Of a stretch of DNA of 64,000 nt, positions 10,301 to 21,781 are shown one piece after another. How positions within the stretch are numbered: position 1 is the stretch's first letter; each line of letters opens with the position of its first letter. Both the position numbers and the translations under genes were made by a program. This DNA comes from Camelus dromedarius (lineage: Eukaryota): positions 67,890,001 to 67,954,000 of the forward strand of contig NC_087439.1 of the NCBI RefSeq assembly GCF_036321535.1. Reading direction: 5' to 3'. The notes under the pieces are model-generated. The model had not been told where the DNA came from. It did no database searches and saw only the letters and a list, made by a program, of their open reading frames with translations.

Positions 10301-13300
10301 TGGAACACAGCATACTAACAGGATTAGGGTTTCAGGATTTGAGACAGGAAAGCATCGGGGAGGAGAGGAGAGGAGGACGGCCCAGGGATTTGCGGCTGGA
10401 GGAGAGATGGGATAGGGGAGAGTGGAGCATTGGAGCACTGCAGGGGTGGGGGCAGTAACAGACATTCTAACTGGGTGGGAATGTGCCCTACGCAAAAAAA
10501 AACCTCCTAAAAACACACCACCACATTATTCAAGGAGGCACCTTTAACTTCCAGGTGGGGAAAAATAGAGAGGAGAGGGTACAAGGAATGAGGCTGCTGA
10601 GTCCATCTGCCACCTGCATTCCTCTTCTGGGTGGGATCTCAGTAAACCACGGAGCAGGGAGAAATGCAAAGAACCTGGTGATCCACCTGGTGAGGTGTTC
10701 GCTCCCCTGCTCGTCTAGGGACGCTGGGTTAGCGCTCAGCCAGTGTTTTCCCAGCCCAAGCAAAATCTCGTCAACATCCCACATCCCCTGCTTATCTGCT
10801 CGGTCCCACTAGACCCTGGGCACAGCGGTGGCCTGGGAAGCAGGAGGAATTTAGCATCAAGGCTGTAAGCGCCAAGGAGGCTGGCCTCAGCGCCCGGAGA
10901 CAATTCAGCACCCACGGGAATTGGGTGAAGCCAGCCACGGGAGCCTGATGGAGAAAAGGTTCCAAGCTTATGTATAATGAAATTTTCCCTTGAGCTTTCT
11001 AAGTGGAGAGGCTAAAGGTCTGAGATCATCCCACGGCAAATGGATAAGGGACAAACTTAATTATCTAGGGCCCTGGATTTGTCTTGGTTATAATTGAGGG
11101 GGGCAGATAAACTGGGGGACTTGGATTTGGAAAGGCCATTGGCCCTCTTCTGAACACACATAACCTTGGTTAGAGGATGCAATCATATTCATGACTTCTG
11201 AAGTCGGGTACCATTACGAGCTGACGACTTGAGTCACTGTCTTAATCTTATATATGATGAACAAAATTACTACAATAAAAAGGAAAAGGGAAAGCCAGTC
11301 ATCCACCAGGAAGTTGGTTTTTTTTTTTTTAAGTACTTCTGGAAAACTCAAAAATTTTCATCAGACGAATAATTGCATTCCTAACTGAAGAATGAGGGGG
11401 TACTGCTCATCTGAGGCAGCTCAAGGACAGGCCCCATCAGATGCACGGAGAGGTCTGGATGACTTATCAGGTCCCTTCCAGACCTACGATTTTAAAGAGG
11501 CAGATAAATATCCCATGGGGTCTTGTTACTTTTTAAATTGATAACTTGCTTCTGCTCAAGAAGAGCTCTGCGGGTCTAATACATTAATTATATCTGCAGA
11601 GAGCCTTCCATCTACAGAGCCCAAGGAGCTCTGCCAACAGTAGCTACAGCGCCATTCCATTTGGGCAGACAGAGACACTGAGGCACAGAGTTATGAAGAG
11701 AAATTTCCAAGGTCACACAGCGCATCATTCAAGAAGATCTGAAAAAAGGCCCTGCATGGGTCTGTTAGCCGACTGATTTGGGGGCTGGGGTGCTTTGATG
11801 ATGTCACTCTTTCTCCTCCCTAAGTCTCTGGTAGTTTCGCAGAAGGTTTTAAATTCTCCAACAGCTCTCACACTGATTTGTTTTAATTTGGAAAATAAAT
11901 ATAGGGCAGGGGGTTTTTGCAGTGGGGTGTTTGTTTGCTCAGAAGGGATGTGGCCAAATCAAATGCAAAGCAACTTCATTCAACTCTACATCCTTGGGAT
12001 TTGATGATGGAGCCCAAACTCCAAAGTGATGAGCTCAGCACTCAGAGCCATGCTGCCTGAGCACCACCTGCCTTCCAATCTCCATGAAACAGAGACTCTC
12101 CAGGACGCACCCTTCTCGTCCCCTGGCCTGGACTGAGCATCGAGGAAGCCAGTTTCCCTCTGGATGCAAGTGACAAACCAGGGCTGGATCAGACCGTGGG
12201 AACACCTGCCTGGGTCAAAGCCTTTCACAGGGACTCCTCACTTCTCCATGTCCCTGGGGCACGTCACTTCTCTGGAGAGCTTCAATTCCACAGTCTGAAA
12301 CACTGTTAAGTTCTGAAGCAAATAACCCAGTGCCTGAGGGCTCTCCAAGCCCCTTGGAAGTCATCATTACTTTAATACGATGAGCTTAGAGCATTTCTGC
12401 CACTCATTATGGGGTAATTCTGAGAACTCCTGGACCTAAACCTTACTTCATTCCTGTCCTCACTCTCCCATCCTCCATCCAGCCATCAGGATATATGCAA
12501 CACCCCGACAGACTCTTTCCTTTAGCACAAATTTCTTCCAAATACATCAGAACAGCCCAGCAACACTGTGACTGAAAGCAAGGTAACCAGAGCAGTGTCA
12601 ACAAGAAAGATGCCCATGTTTACCAAATAAGGGAGAACTGAAGACGAGGGCTTTTGCTGAGACGTATGAGGGCATGGCCTCTGCCCTCCTGCCCTGATAC
12701 CAGCCTCCATCTCAGTCCCTCCAGTGCAGACTCGTCACCAAACCAGCATCTCCATGGTGAGCAGGATCGTGGCCAAGGCCTTGTGTTCTCCAGCTTTTTG
12801 CACCTTTCTCCACACCCCTCCCTTGGTTTGTGCGTATATAATTGTGCCTATAATTATAGACACATACGTGAACCTTCTACAATTGTGTTTACAATGTTGT
12901 GTCTGTGTTTGGGGTGTTATTAATTCAGCTGGTGAAACCAAAAGCAGTAGTTTTATGCTTGTGGTTTCCGAAGAAATATATGTGAAGCAATTTGTATAAT
13001 CTCAGGAGCACATGGACTGGATATGGGCTCTAATAGGCGGATGAGCTCTCTGCCTTGTGGTTACGCCATAAATATGCATAAGGAGGGCCCGCCCCACAGG
13101 AAAATCACAGGTTCCTTTTTCTCATGGCATGTGGAATTGGATAAGGATTTGGGGATGTGCTGTACATGTGGCCCACATAATTGGGCTGCACTTTGCCAGG
13201 AGGATGCTTGCAAATCCCCCAGCGACAGAGTAATGCCTTTCTCATTGGCACCCTCACTGTTACCTGTTGGATGGAAAGAGAGACTCAGAGGCTGCTCATG

Positions 13301-16219
13301 GGCTGTGGAAGGCTGGCAAAGCGTTCCTGAGTCCTCCTTGCTTCCTGGCCATGAGGAGGTCTTCCCCCACAGGCTCAGGTCTTGCCTCAGCCCAGCCTAG
13401 GTCCAAACTGTAAATGATGTTTTGCAAGGGAATAGCACAGCCATCGCCCACCACCCTGAGTGCTCATTAAGCTTGTTTTTCTCCGACTTCCCCAACTCCC
13501 TGGTCTTCGGTATCCTGCACTGGTGTTGACAGTGACCAGGGAATTGAACTCGAGTTCCCACATGTCTGTCCCACATGTCATCCCCTCCTCATGCCCTGTG
13601 CACTGGTTTGCATCAGCAAACCCTCCCCCTGCCCGCTCCCCCTGGAGCAGAGAGCGCTGCGGCCTCCCCCTCCGCTGTGCTTTGCTCACAGGTCGAGCTG
13701 TCTGAATTTTGCTTTCAAGCCCACCACTTAGCACCAGTTCGCTTGGCGCGGTGCCCACCCTCCAGTGGCTACAAAGAGAAACTCAGTGGTAGTGCCCGGC
13801 GCAGACGAAGCCTCTCCCCCCACAGCCCCCAAGTCCCCTCCTCACCCCACCTCCCCTTCGTGGCATCAAATCAGACTGCAGCAGACTTGACAAATCTATT
13901 TGGCACGGTTCACTCAACTATTTCAACCCGAACAGCCAGAGAGCTGCGCTGATGCAGCATGAGTGGTGCGGAATCTGCACATTAAATACAGACATCTGGG
14001 AACTGATCTGCTAATGAAGGAGCAGCAGAGATCACCCTTGGAGGTGAGGGCTGGGCAGGTCTCCTCCCTCGCCCGCCACACCCGCGGGGCATCAAGGGAG
14101 CATGGGGGTGGCAGTGCTTAATTGTCAGACTTTCCATTCCCCTGCTTCCTTCTAGGTACCAAGAGGGTGCATTTCTAATGGGGACAGAAAGGGCTTTTCC
14201 TCTGCCCCAGTGCCTTTTATGTGGGCAGGACTGATTCACTAAAAAAGCCAAACGAACAACAATAACAACAACAAAATGAAATTACCCATTGGCTCCTAGG
14301 GAAAGAAATTAACCAAGAGAGAGAAGAGGAGGCAAAGGAGAAAGTGAGAGAGAAGACAGGGGATGATGTGTCTGATATGCAAAAGTTGAGAAGAATGATT
14401 CCAAAGGAACCCAGAGAACTAGATTCAATTCTCAGGAATATCTTCCCTGCACCACAAATACCAGGGATAAAGCCAGGGAGGACAGCATTCTATCAAAATG
14501 TGCAGTGCTAAGGTATTTCCAAAAGCAGATTTCCTACAAATGGTGTTTTAAATAGCATCCCGGTCCATCTGCGTGCTTTTAAAATCAGCTTATGCTACAG
14601 TATCCCTCTGGCCAGCGCTGCTTAGTCATTGAGCCTGGACGGGGAGGCGATCAGATGAACCTCTTCCTCCTCCCCGAGAACCCACCCCAACCCAGCTGCT
14701 GGCCCTCACCTGCCTGGCTGAGCTTGCGCGTCCTGCTAGTTTCTTACTGAGAAGGGCTGGTGGGGAGAGAGGGTGTGCAAAGGAGTGGGCTGGGATGAGG
14801 ACTCAGCCCACAGTGCTCCCAGCATTCAATGTCAACTCAGGCTTGCCACGTCCATGGGATATCTGGTAACCCTTCCTAAAACAAAAGAGTCACTGAGAAA
14901 CCAGACCTGGCTTCACATGTCAAGGTGGGGAAGTCTTTCAATTGCTAAGTATCTCACTTTCTTAATCTGTGACATGGAGAACTATGTGTGTAAGTGTGTG
15001 TGTGTTTGTCAGAGAGGGAAGGAGAGAGAGACCTGGTAATATCTAGAAGCCATGAGCTCAGATGAATAGTGCCATGTTACTATGGCGATCTTAATTTTAA
15101 AAAAGGCACTCCTTTAAAATCTCACATTTCCTGAGTGAAACAGTACCAACATTACAGGTCAAGATTTCCTGGGTCCAAGGTTTCCAGTTGCACCAGCAAG
15201 AGCAAGCTGCCCTGACGCAGTGACAGGAGCCAAGGAGACTCTGTTTGGAAAAGACCTTTGGCATCTCCAGGTTTGGCCACCTGTGTCCCATCTGGATAAT
15301 CCACAACCTGACAGAGCAGGGGGCTGCTGGGACTGAGCAGACCCTTTCCCTCTGTCCCCAGTTTCATTCAGGGAAGGATGAACACTCTCCTTCCAGACCC
15401 GAGAGCCAGCCTACAATGAACAGAATTCTCCCCCCACCCAGGGAGGACCATTGGATGTTTCTAATAAGCCTGCCGTACGCTGAGTGTACCTTCCAACCAG
15501 TACATACAACACCAGCGCCAGCTGCAGGCCAGTTCACCGCCAGAATGCCACGTGTCTTAAGAGAGCTGAGTGTCAGACATTCATCCATATGTACAACAAA
15601 AGCCCCACATCACCCACACGGACACACCTCTGGGAGCCGCAGACGCTGACGGGCCCCAGCCGAGAGAATTCAATGCCTTGCTGCTAAGCATGATGGCCAG
15701 TTCAGATCCCCTCCCCAACAAACCGAATTTCTCCTCATTATTTATTGTTCTCTTTCTTCTTTGAGACATTGTGACTCCCTCTCAGGATTTGTGCCCTTTT
15801 ATTTCCAGATCTCGGTAACTCCTGAACTGCAGTTTCATGTGGTTTTGTGATTGTTAACTCAGCATGTGGAAGGGACTCAGGCCATAAATGCTCAATGAAT
15901 CCTGTATGGGGAGACGGGGACTGGGAACACATTTTCTCCTTCATTTGCAGTCAGAGAGCACTCTTCGAGCTCTCTTTCTCTCTCTGCTGTGCAAGATGCA
16001 ACAGCAGTCAGGCTGTCAGAGAAATAGTGTTTTCCAATCACTTTAGCATAAGAAAGAATATTTTCCGGGCCAGCGTCTCCAGTACCTCCATCAATTATTT
16101 GAGCCTCACCGGAAACGAACAAGGCCTCCTCTTCCACGTGGGGTGGATTAGCAACTCCTCTTGCCCCACCCCACCCGCCTCATCCCAGCTGCCTTTGCGA
16201 GGATGGGGAATGGGTTTAC

Positions 16220-16375
16220 CTTGTGGTTTTTGCCGTGCCGGTACACCATCCAGTCTTCACCATTCGTGCTGACTTCCAGCTTGTAGGATTTGACATAGTA
16301 GCCATTCTGAGTTTCCCTGGAAATTGCTCCCTGCGTTGCAATGGCCGTGAGCATGGTTAGAAAGCGTAGGTCCAC
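16220..16375 (-). CDS. NRP2: NRP2 exon 7 (b1, VDLRFLTMLTAIATQGAISRETQNGYYVKSY...KNHK), 156 nt
   Basis: Acceptor ctttctcag|GTG, donor AAG|GTAAAC. Confidence 0.97.
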
Positions 16376-18228
16376 CTGAGAAAGAGAGATGGAGAAGTAA
16401 GGGGGCCATGACTCCCAACACAGGGCAGCATCTTGCTTTTTCTGCAAAGGACACGATTATAGATAATCCTTAGTTCACAACCCATGTCTGTGATTCACTC
16501 ACAGGTATTGGTGATCAGGAATCAGTTTGCAGCCACTGGACAGTTAAACTCAACTTATTTTAACACCTACGAGGTTGGACACCTATGAAATTGTAACTTG
16601 CTTTTTTTCTCTCTCTTTTTTTCAAATCTGAACAGACAGGATTGAGTTTACCGTAAAGAAGTCATTGACCATCTAGAACTACGACCCCTCTTACTAAACC
16701 ACAGCCTGCCTTGGACAGTAAAAGCAATGCTGTTTTAAGAGAACAATGGCTAAATCCAATCCACTCCACTCCACTCCGATCCAGCCCAATTCAATCCAAT
16801 TCACTTACGATGCCCGAGCCGTAGAAGCCTCATCCCACGGCTGTTTCCCCTCCCCTCAGTCCCGCTCTCCATTGTGTATTTAGTTGCTCAGGTCACTGAG
16901 GGGTCAAAGGGCATGCAGAGTCTGCCCAAGCAATTAGGCTTATGCACCAAGTCCTGACCTTTTGCCCGATGAGGAGGATATGGCCAACGTTTTGAGGCAC
17001 CTCCCCTCCCACAACACCAAACCCATTTGGAAATTGCCGGGTGTCATGCCTTTGCTGGCTACAGTGTTTCTTAATGGCAATCTCTGTGTGATCAAAATTT
17101 AGCCAGCAATGGTAAAATTTGATTGAGGAAGCATTTATTGCTTACTTAATATGTGCTCAGTGCTACTAAGCATTGGAAGAGGTACGAATTGCTGTCTACG
17201 TTAAACAGGTGGAGAGCAATGAGAGGAAGTATATGATTAAGGACCAAAAGTGAGGACTACAACCAATGGAATGCTGATTACAAAGGAGAACTTTCTGGGA
17301 GCTTTGCAAGATGAGAAGGACTTTTGGAGAGGCAGAGGAGAGATGGTGACAGATGGCCTTAGAGTTGTGCTGTCAGGACCTCTGTGGGCTCCATGGAAGC
17401 CTCTAAGAGGTCTTTCTCCCTCTCCTGTTGTCTGCCCTGCAACGTCCTTCTCCGAGCAGGGGTCACCACTTCGCATCAGAGCTAGGACAGGCTTGTCAGG
17501 GGGTCACCAGGCTGTCTGCCATGTGTCATAACAGCAGTCATTGCTTTAGCATGGGACTAGCAGCTTGCTCTTCCCTGGGGATGAGAGCTGGACCCGTGTG
17601 TAGTGCAAGGGAGGATCATTTAACATGAGCTGCAAGTCTTATTCAGAAGCAAAGCAAATAGTCTGAAAAGATGCTGCAGGGCATCAGGACTACTAGAATT
17701 TCATTCCTGGTTGTGCCATTTTCCCACGTGTTCCCCTGATAGCTACAGGCAAAACCTTCCCGGCAGGGCTCCCTCCAAACAGCAAAGATCAGAAGAAGCA
17801 GCCGTGCTCAGCTAGCAACTCAACCAGCCTGCCCTTAGGAAAACGCCCCCTGAGTCTCTGATGCCTCCCCCTTCCAAGAATGAGCAAGCTCTGGGACTGT
17901 TTATCGAAGTTCCTCGGATACCTATGGTGATAGGGCAAACAGCTTCCCGGCCAAACAGCTTCTCCAAGGCCTGGTAATCTTCCCAAGGGCAGGGCCAGTG
18001 TCCCGCTTACTCGTCATGTTATCCCAGCACTTCACACAGTGCCTGGCACAGTGTCTTTGTGCCTGGAGCATGGATTTCTTTGGATGGATGGATGAAAGGA
18101 GTCCTCAAGTATATTGTATTTACTTCCTTTGTGTCCTTTGTCCACCCTAGTGGAGGAGCTTCCCCCCCACCCACCCACCAATACACACACACACACTCTG
18201 CACACCCTCTGGTATCTGAGTTAAGTAC

Positions 18229-18398
18229 CTGGAGATACTCCTTGCTGGAATCCAAGTTGGGTGTCCAGCCATTGTCATCACCGTGGAGCCGGCTTTGTTG
18301 AGGTGTCCACCTCCCATCAGAGTAGGTAGATGAGGCACTGATCTGTTCATTAGCAATCCGGCCAGACTCCATTCCCAGGGGGACATTGCACTGAAAGT
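18229..18398 (-). CDS. NRP2: NRP2 exon 6 (b1 domain start, FQCNVPLGMESG...KEYLQ), 170 nt
   Basis: Acceptor tcccttag|ACTTT, donor CAG|GTACTT. The VEGF/semaphorin C-terminal-Arg pocket residues Y299, W304, T319 and D323 (human numbering, recalled) are present. Confidence 0.97.
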
Positions 18399-20053
18399 CT
18401 AAGGGATGGAGACAGTCAAGGCGGAGTTAGGTCTCTCAACCTCAACACCCGGGGACTCCCAGAATGCTGTTCCCTTCTAGGGATGAGTCCTTGCAGGCAC
18501 TCCTTCATCTCAAAGACCTAATTATACACTCACAGTTTAAAAACAACTGCGCCAAGTCATAGAGCTTGACAATCCCTCTGGGTCTGAAAGAAACTAACTT
18601 TGACCTAAAAGAAATCAGGCTGTGGCTAACTAAGAATCATCATACAAATTAAAAAGACAATCAAAAGCACAAGAACTGTTAGTGCTGCAGGCTACGAACG
18701 CTCACAGATGCCAGATGCACCACTATTGAAATCCAGGTAAACGGGTGATAGACTCGTGGCAATGTGGGTGGGCGGACATGCGGCAGGAAGCCTGCTTTAT
18801 TAATAAATACCCAGGAGGCACTTTTGCTGCTTTCGTTCTTTCATTCGGCTGTCTCGTGGGTTCTGGCACAGAAGACAGACATCACAAAGCCATAAATACC
18901 TGTCTTTGGGAGACCTCTCTGTGAGAATACGCCTGCCCCTCTATAGTCCCCCGCATCACCTGTCTGGGCAAATGGACCCAGAAGTCACCTTCTCTGGCCT
19001 TGCGCTGTCAGCTTAACTGCTGTCCTCGCCATGGATCCCACAGACACTGGTCAGTATTTGTGTGTGCATGTGTCAGAGAAGGAAAAGCAATCTTTCTCAG
19101 GTATCAAACCTATGCTGTAGCCCTGTGACCGTGCTGGCCATTTGCAGAATGCAGTGCAGCTCGCAATACTGTTTTCTTCTCCCTCAATCTTTATGAGTTC
19201 TTTAAAAAAAAAAAAAAAAGCAAAACCCAGAGCAAAACACGTCAGCTTTCCAGGAGGGCAGGCTGCTGCGTCTGTAGGTATGCGTGTGGCAAGCGTCTGC
19301 GACCATGGCAGGATCCCCCCAGCTCTAATCATCCTTAAAGCGTTCCTTCAGTCCTTCAAGTTATCACTTGGGTTTCTCAGTGACAATGGCAGCACATTTG
19401 GAGCACATGTCCAAGAGGAGCTGGTTTAAAGATGTAGCTCCAGGCAAGAGACTGATGGTCTAGATGTCAAGTTTCATGACCACTAGGGTCAGGGTTATAC
19501 TTTCTATGCTTTGCATGGTGCCTGGCACACAGGCAAGCTCAAAAAACTGTTTATTGAAAGTATGAAATGAAAGTCCAAGCAGTGTACCAAGCTAGTCAGA
19601 GAAACTCTAACCAGGGCCAGAGATGTTTAATGTCCAAAAAAAAAAAAAATGTACACAGAAGAGATTTAAAATTGCTCAGTTTTTTGACAGTGGGCCACTG
19701 AGGCTTGGAAAGGAAGGAAAATGGCCCTAGACTCAAAAAATGTTAGCACAGGAGGGGACTTTATATGGATAGCCTAACTAACCCCCTTTTCATTCTGAGG
19801 CTTGAGATGGTCCTGTGACATTCCGGAATAACTGATTTTTGGAACACAAATGAGCACCCAGATTAACATTTGTTCTGTTTTCATTAATCTCTGCCTCGCA
19901 AGAGGATACAGCTCCCATCCCCTGAACTCAGATGCCACTGCATCTGAGAACTCTGTAGAATTCCCATCTCTTTCTCTTGCAGTGGTCAGCCTCTCTTCTC
20001 CCTCGCAGCCCTGATGGAAGGACAAGACAGAGTTTCACAACTGGCCAACTCAC

Positions 20054-20209
20054 TCTCTGGCGGCTCCTGGTGGACCAGGTAGTAACGTGCAGAGAAGCCA
20101 TCCTTAGCCACCGCCATGTCCGTGTGAAAGGTCAGCGAGAGGATCCCGGTTGCGGAACGGAGTTCAGAAGGTGTTTTGGTCCCACAGTACTTGCCAATCA
20201 GGGGGCCAA
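20054..20209 (-). CDS. NRP2: NRP2 exon 5 (CUB2 C-half, GPLIGKYCGTKTPSELRS...HQEPPE), 156 nt
   Basis: Acceptor catgtccag|TTGGC, donor GAGA|GTGAGT. Confidence 0.97.
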
Positions 20210-20790
20210 CTGGACATGCAGGACAAAGAGAGGTCACAGAAACGGAAATGACAAACTCCATTTGCAATACATTCTCCCTTCCCACAACTGCAAGTCGTTC
20301 AGTCGAGCATCCCTCTGTATGCTGTGGCATAAAAGAACAACCAGAGATATGTTTTAAGAACAATGTCTAATATTTTCCTGCACATTAACAAAGTGCTTTC
20401 ACTGACCTGGCTGCATTCTGTTCTCACAGCCCTGGGCGACGGGCTGGAAAGGTATCATTATAACGCCTGCTCTACAGAGGAAGAAATTGAGGTTTGGAGA
20501 GGTCACATGACTTCCTGGTTCATATGGCTAGGAAATAGCAGAGCCGGGACTCCAATCCAAGTTTCCGGACTAAACCTTATGCTTTTCTCAGGAAATGAAA
20601 TAGCTTAGCCATCAAGTCTCCCTTACAGTGCAAAATACTTAGAACAACTATAAATGTGAAAGACTGGTTTCCTCGCCAATACTGACTACCCAAGACCTAT
20701 ATTGGCCAAGGTTCCTCTTGGCCTTGGTGGGGGGGAGGTGCGCCTTTTTAACATCTCTGATTATATATATGAAATGATAGTAAAATTATA

Positions 20791-21030
20791 TTTTTTTTTA
20801 CTTATTTATTTATTTTGGCTTTTTAAAAACTGAAGTACAGTCAGTTTACAATGTTGTGTCAGATTCTGGTGTACAGCATGTTTCAGTGCTTATTTATTTT
20901 TTAATTTTTAAATTGTTTTTGCAGGGGTAATTAGGGTTATTTATTTATTTTGATGGAGGTACTAGGGATTGAACCCAGGACCTTATGCATGCTAAGCACA
21001 CTCTCTACCACTGAGCTATACCCTCCCCCC
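20791..21030 (-). mobile_element. Vic-1-like SINE with an L1 3'-end fragment nested in its tail
   Basis: Head ggggagggtatagctcagtggtagag at 21030 reading down. Outer TSD tgata(g/a)taaaattata at 20775-20790 and 21032-21047. Confidence 0.8.
20812..20888 (-). mobile_element. Very short LINE-1 3'-end fragment
   Basis: The plus strand ctgaagtacagtcagtttacaatgttgtgtcagattctggtgtacagc is the typical antisense 3' terminus of laurasiatherian L1. It is flanked by cttatttattt at 20801-20811 and 20889-20899. Confidence 0.65.
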
Positions 21031-21049
21031 TTGATAATAAAATTATAGT

Positions 21050-21175
21050 AATAATAATGATAGCAGCTTATTTATACAGATAAGACATGGAGAGGCTAAG
21101 TCACTGGCCCAAGGTTGCAGAGCTGGAAGGACAGAGCCAGAATTCAAACCTAGTCAATCCGGCTCTAGAGTCCCC
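21050..21175 (-). mobile_element. MIR fragment
   Basis: tttatacagataag...gagaggctaagtcactggcccaaggttgcagagct...attcaaacctag. Confidence 0.6.
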
Positions 21176-21514
21176 TCTGGGCATAGGGGGTGGTCACTGA
21201 GTCACTTTCCAAGGCAATTCTGATGCCTTCGAGCAGAAAAGAACATTACCTATAGGTTTTCTCATGCTCATCCAGGTATCTACCCAGTCTCCTTCTACCC
21301 TTCTCCAAGGAAATATCTCCAAGAGAGGAAACTGCCTTTCTGCAATCTCTCTGAAAACATCCTTGGTGAAGGATAAGAAGAGAAAGTCATCAAGGGTCAC
21401 AGATAACCCCTGAGGAGTTTTAAAGTCTTTGTTCTCTTTTTTTATTGCTCCTAAAGCAATTAACAGGCAAAGGCGAAAACACGGAGAAGTGCCTGGCAAG
21501 GGACAGCGCCATCA

Positions 21515-21662
21515 NNNNNNNNNNNNNNNNNNNNNNNNNNNNNNNNNNNNNNNNNNNNNNNNNNNNNNNNNNNNNNNNNNNNNNNNNNNNNNNNNNNNNN
21601 NNNNNNNNNNNNNNNNNNNNNNNNNNNNNNNNNNNNNNNNNNNNNNNNNNNNNNNNNNNNNN
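21515..21662. other. Sequence gap (148 N) covering most of exon 4
   Basis: N run. Other gaps: 33024-33259, 37680-37819, 51542-51697, 53596-53754, 54756-55007. Confidence 0.99.
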
Positions 21663-21750
21663 TCCAGGTTGTGTGGGTACTTCTCGGGAAACCCCGGGGA
21701 CTCGATGGTCCCGTTGGGGCCTGTGAAGTTCTTTGAACAATCTTCCGAGC
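21520..21750 (-). CDS. NRP2: NRP2 exon 4 (CUB2 N-half, GSEDCSKNFTGPNGTIESPGFPEKYPHNL...), expected 231 nt; 3' 143 nt lie in an N gap
   Basis: Acceptor atatacag|GCTCGG at 21750; 88 nt are readable. The end at 21520 is inferred from the 231-nt length expected by homology to human; the donor itself is not visible. An alternative in-frame acceptor lies at 21768 (see findings). Confidence 0.85.
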
Positions 21751-21781
21751 CTGTATATAAAAGACAGCCTGTATATAAGAC
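21748..21781 (+). repeat. Tandem duplication (18 + 16 bp) spanning the exon 4 acceptor
   Basis: agcctgtatataaaagac / agcctgtatataagac. Confidence 0.9.

Noticed and set aside
12623-12632. CArG box CCAAATAAGG, and about a dozen AP-1 heptamers across the window
   Set aside because: Counts are near rough chance expectation for 64 kb; isolated sites carry no weight.
15798-16219. Intron 7 read-through (VNPFPILA...*) with AATAAA at 15803-15798
   Set aside because: It would truncate b1 mid-fold, the hexamer is about 345 nt away, and AATAAA is common in introns.
16750-16805. Short pentamer-like repeats (ccact/ccaat) resembling a spaced array
   Set aside because: Low-complexity simple repeat with no unique spacers. 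No CRISPR-like array is present anywhere in the window.
20210-20363. Open in-frame extensions upstream of exon 5 (similarly exon 9 to 2822 and exon 3 to 27845)
   Set aside because: Chance open intronic frames next to real exons; canonical acceptors sit at the expected positions.
21501-21510. REST/NRSE right half-site GGACAGCGCC (and a partial left half TTCAGCAC at 25801)
   Set aside because: Each lacks a matching partner half at the proper spacing.
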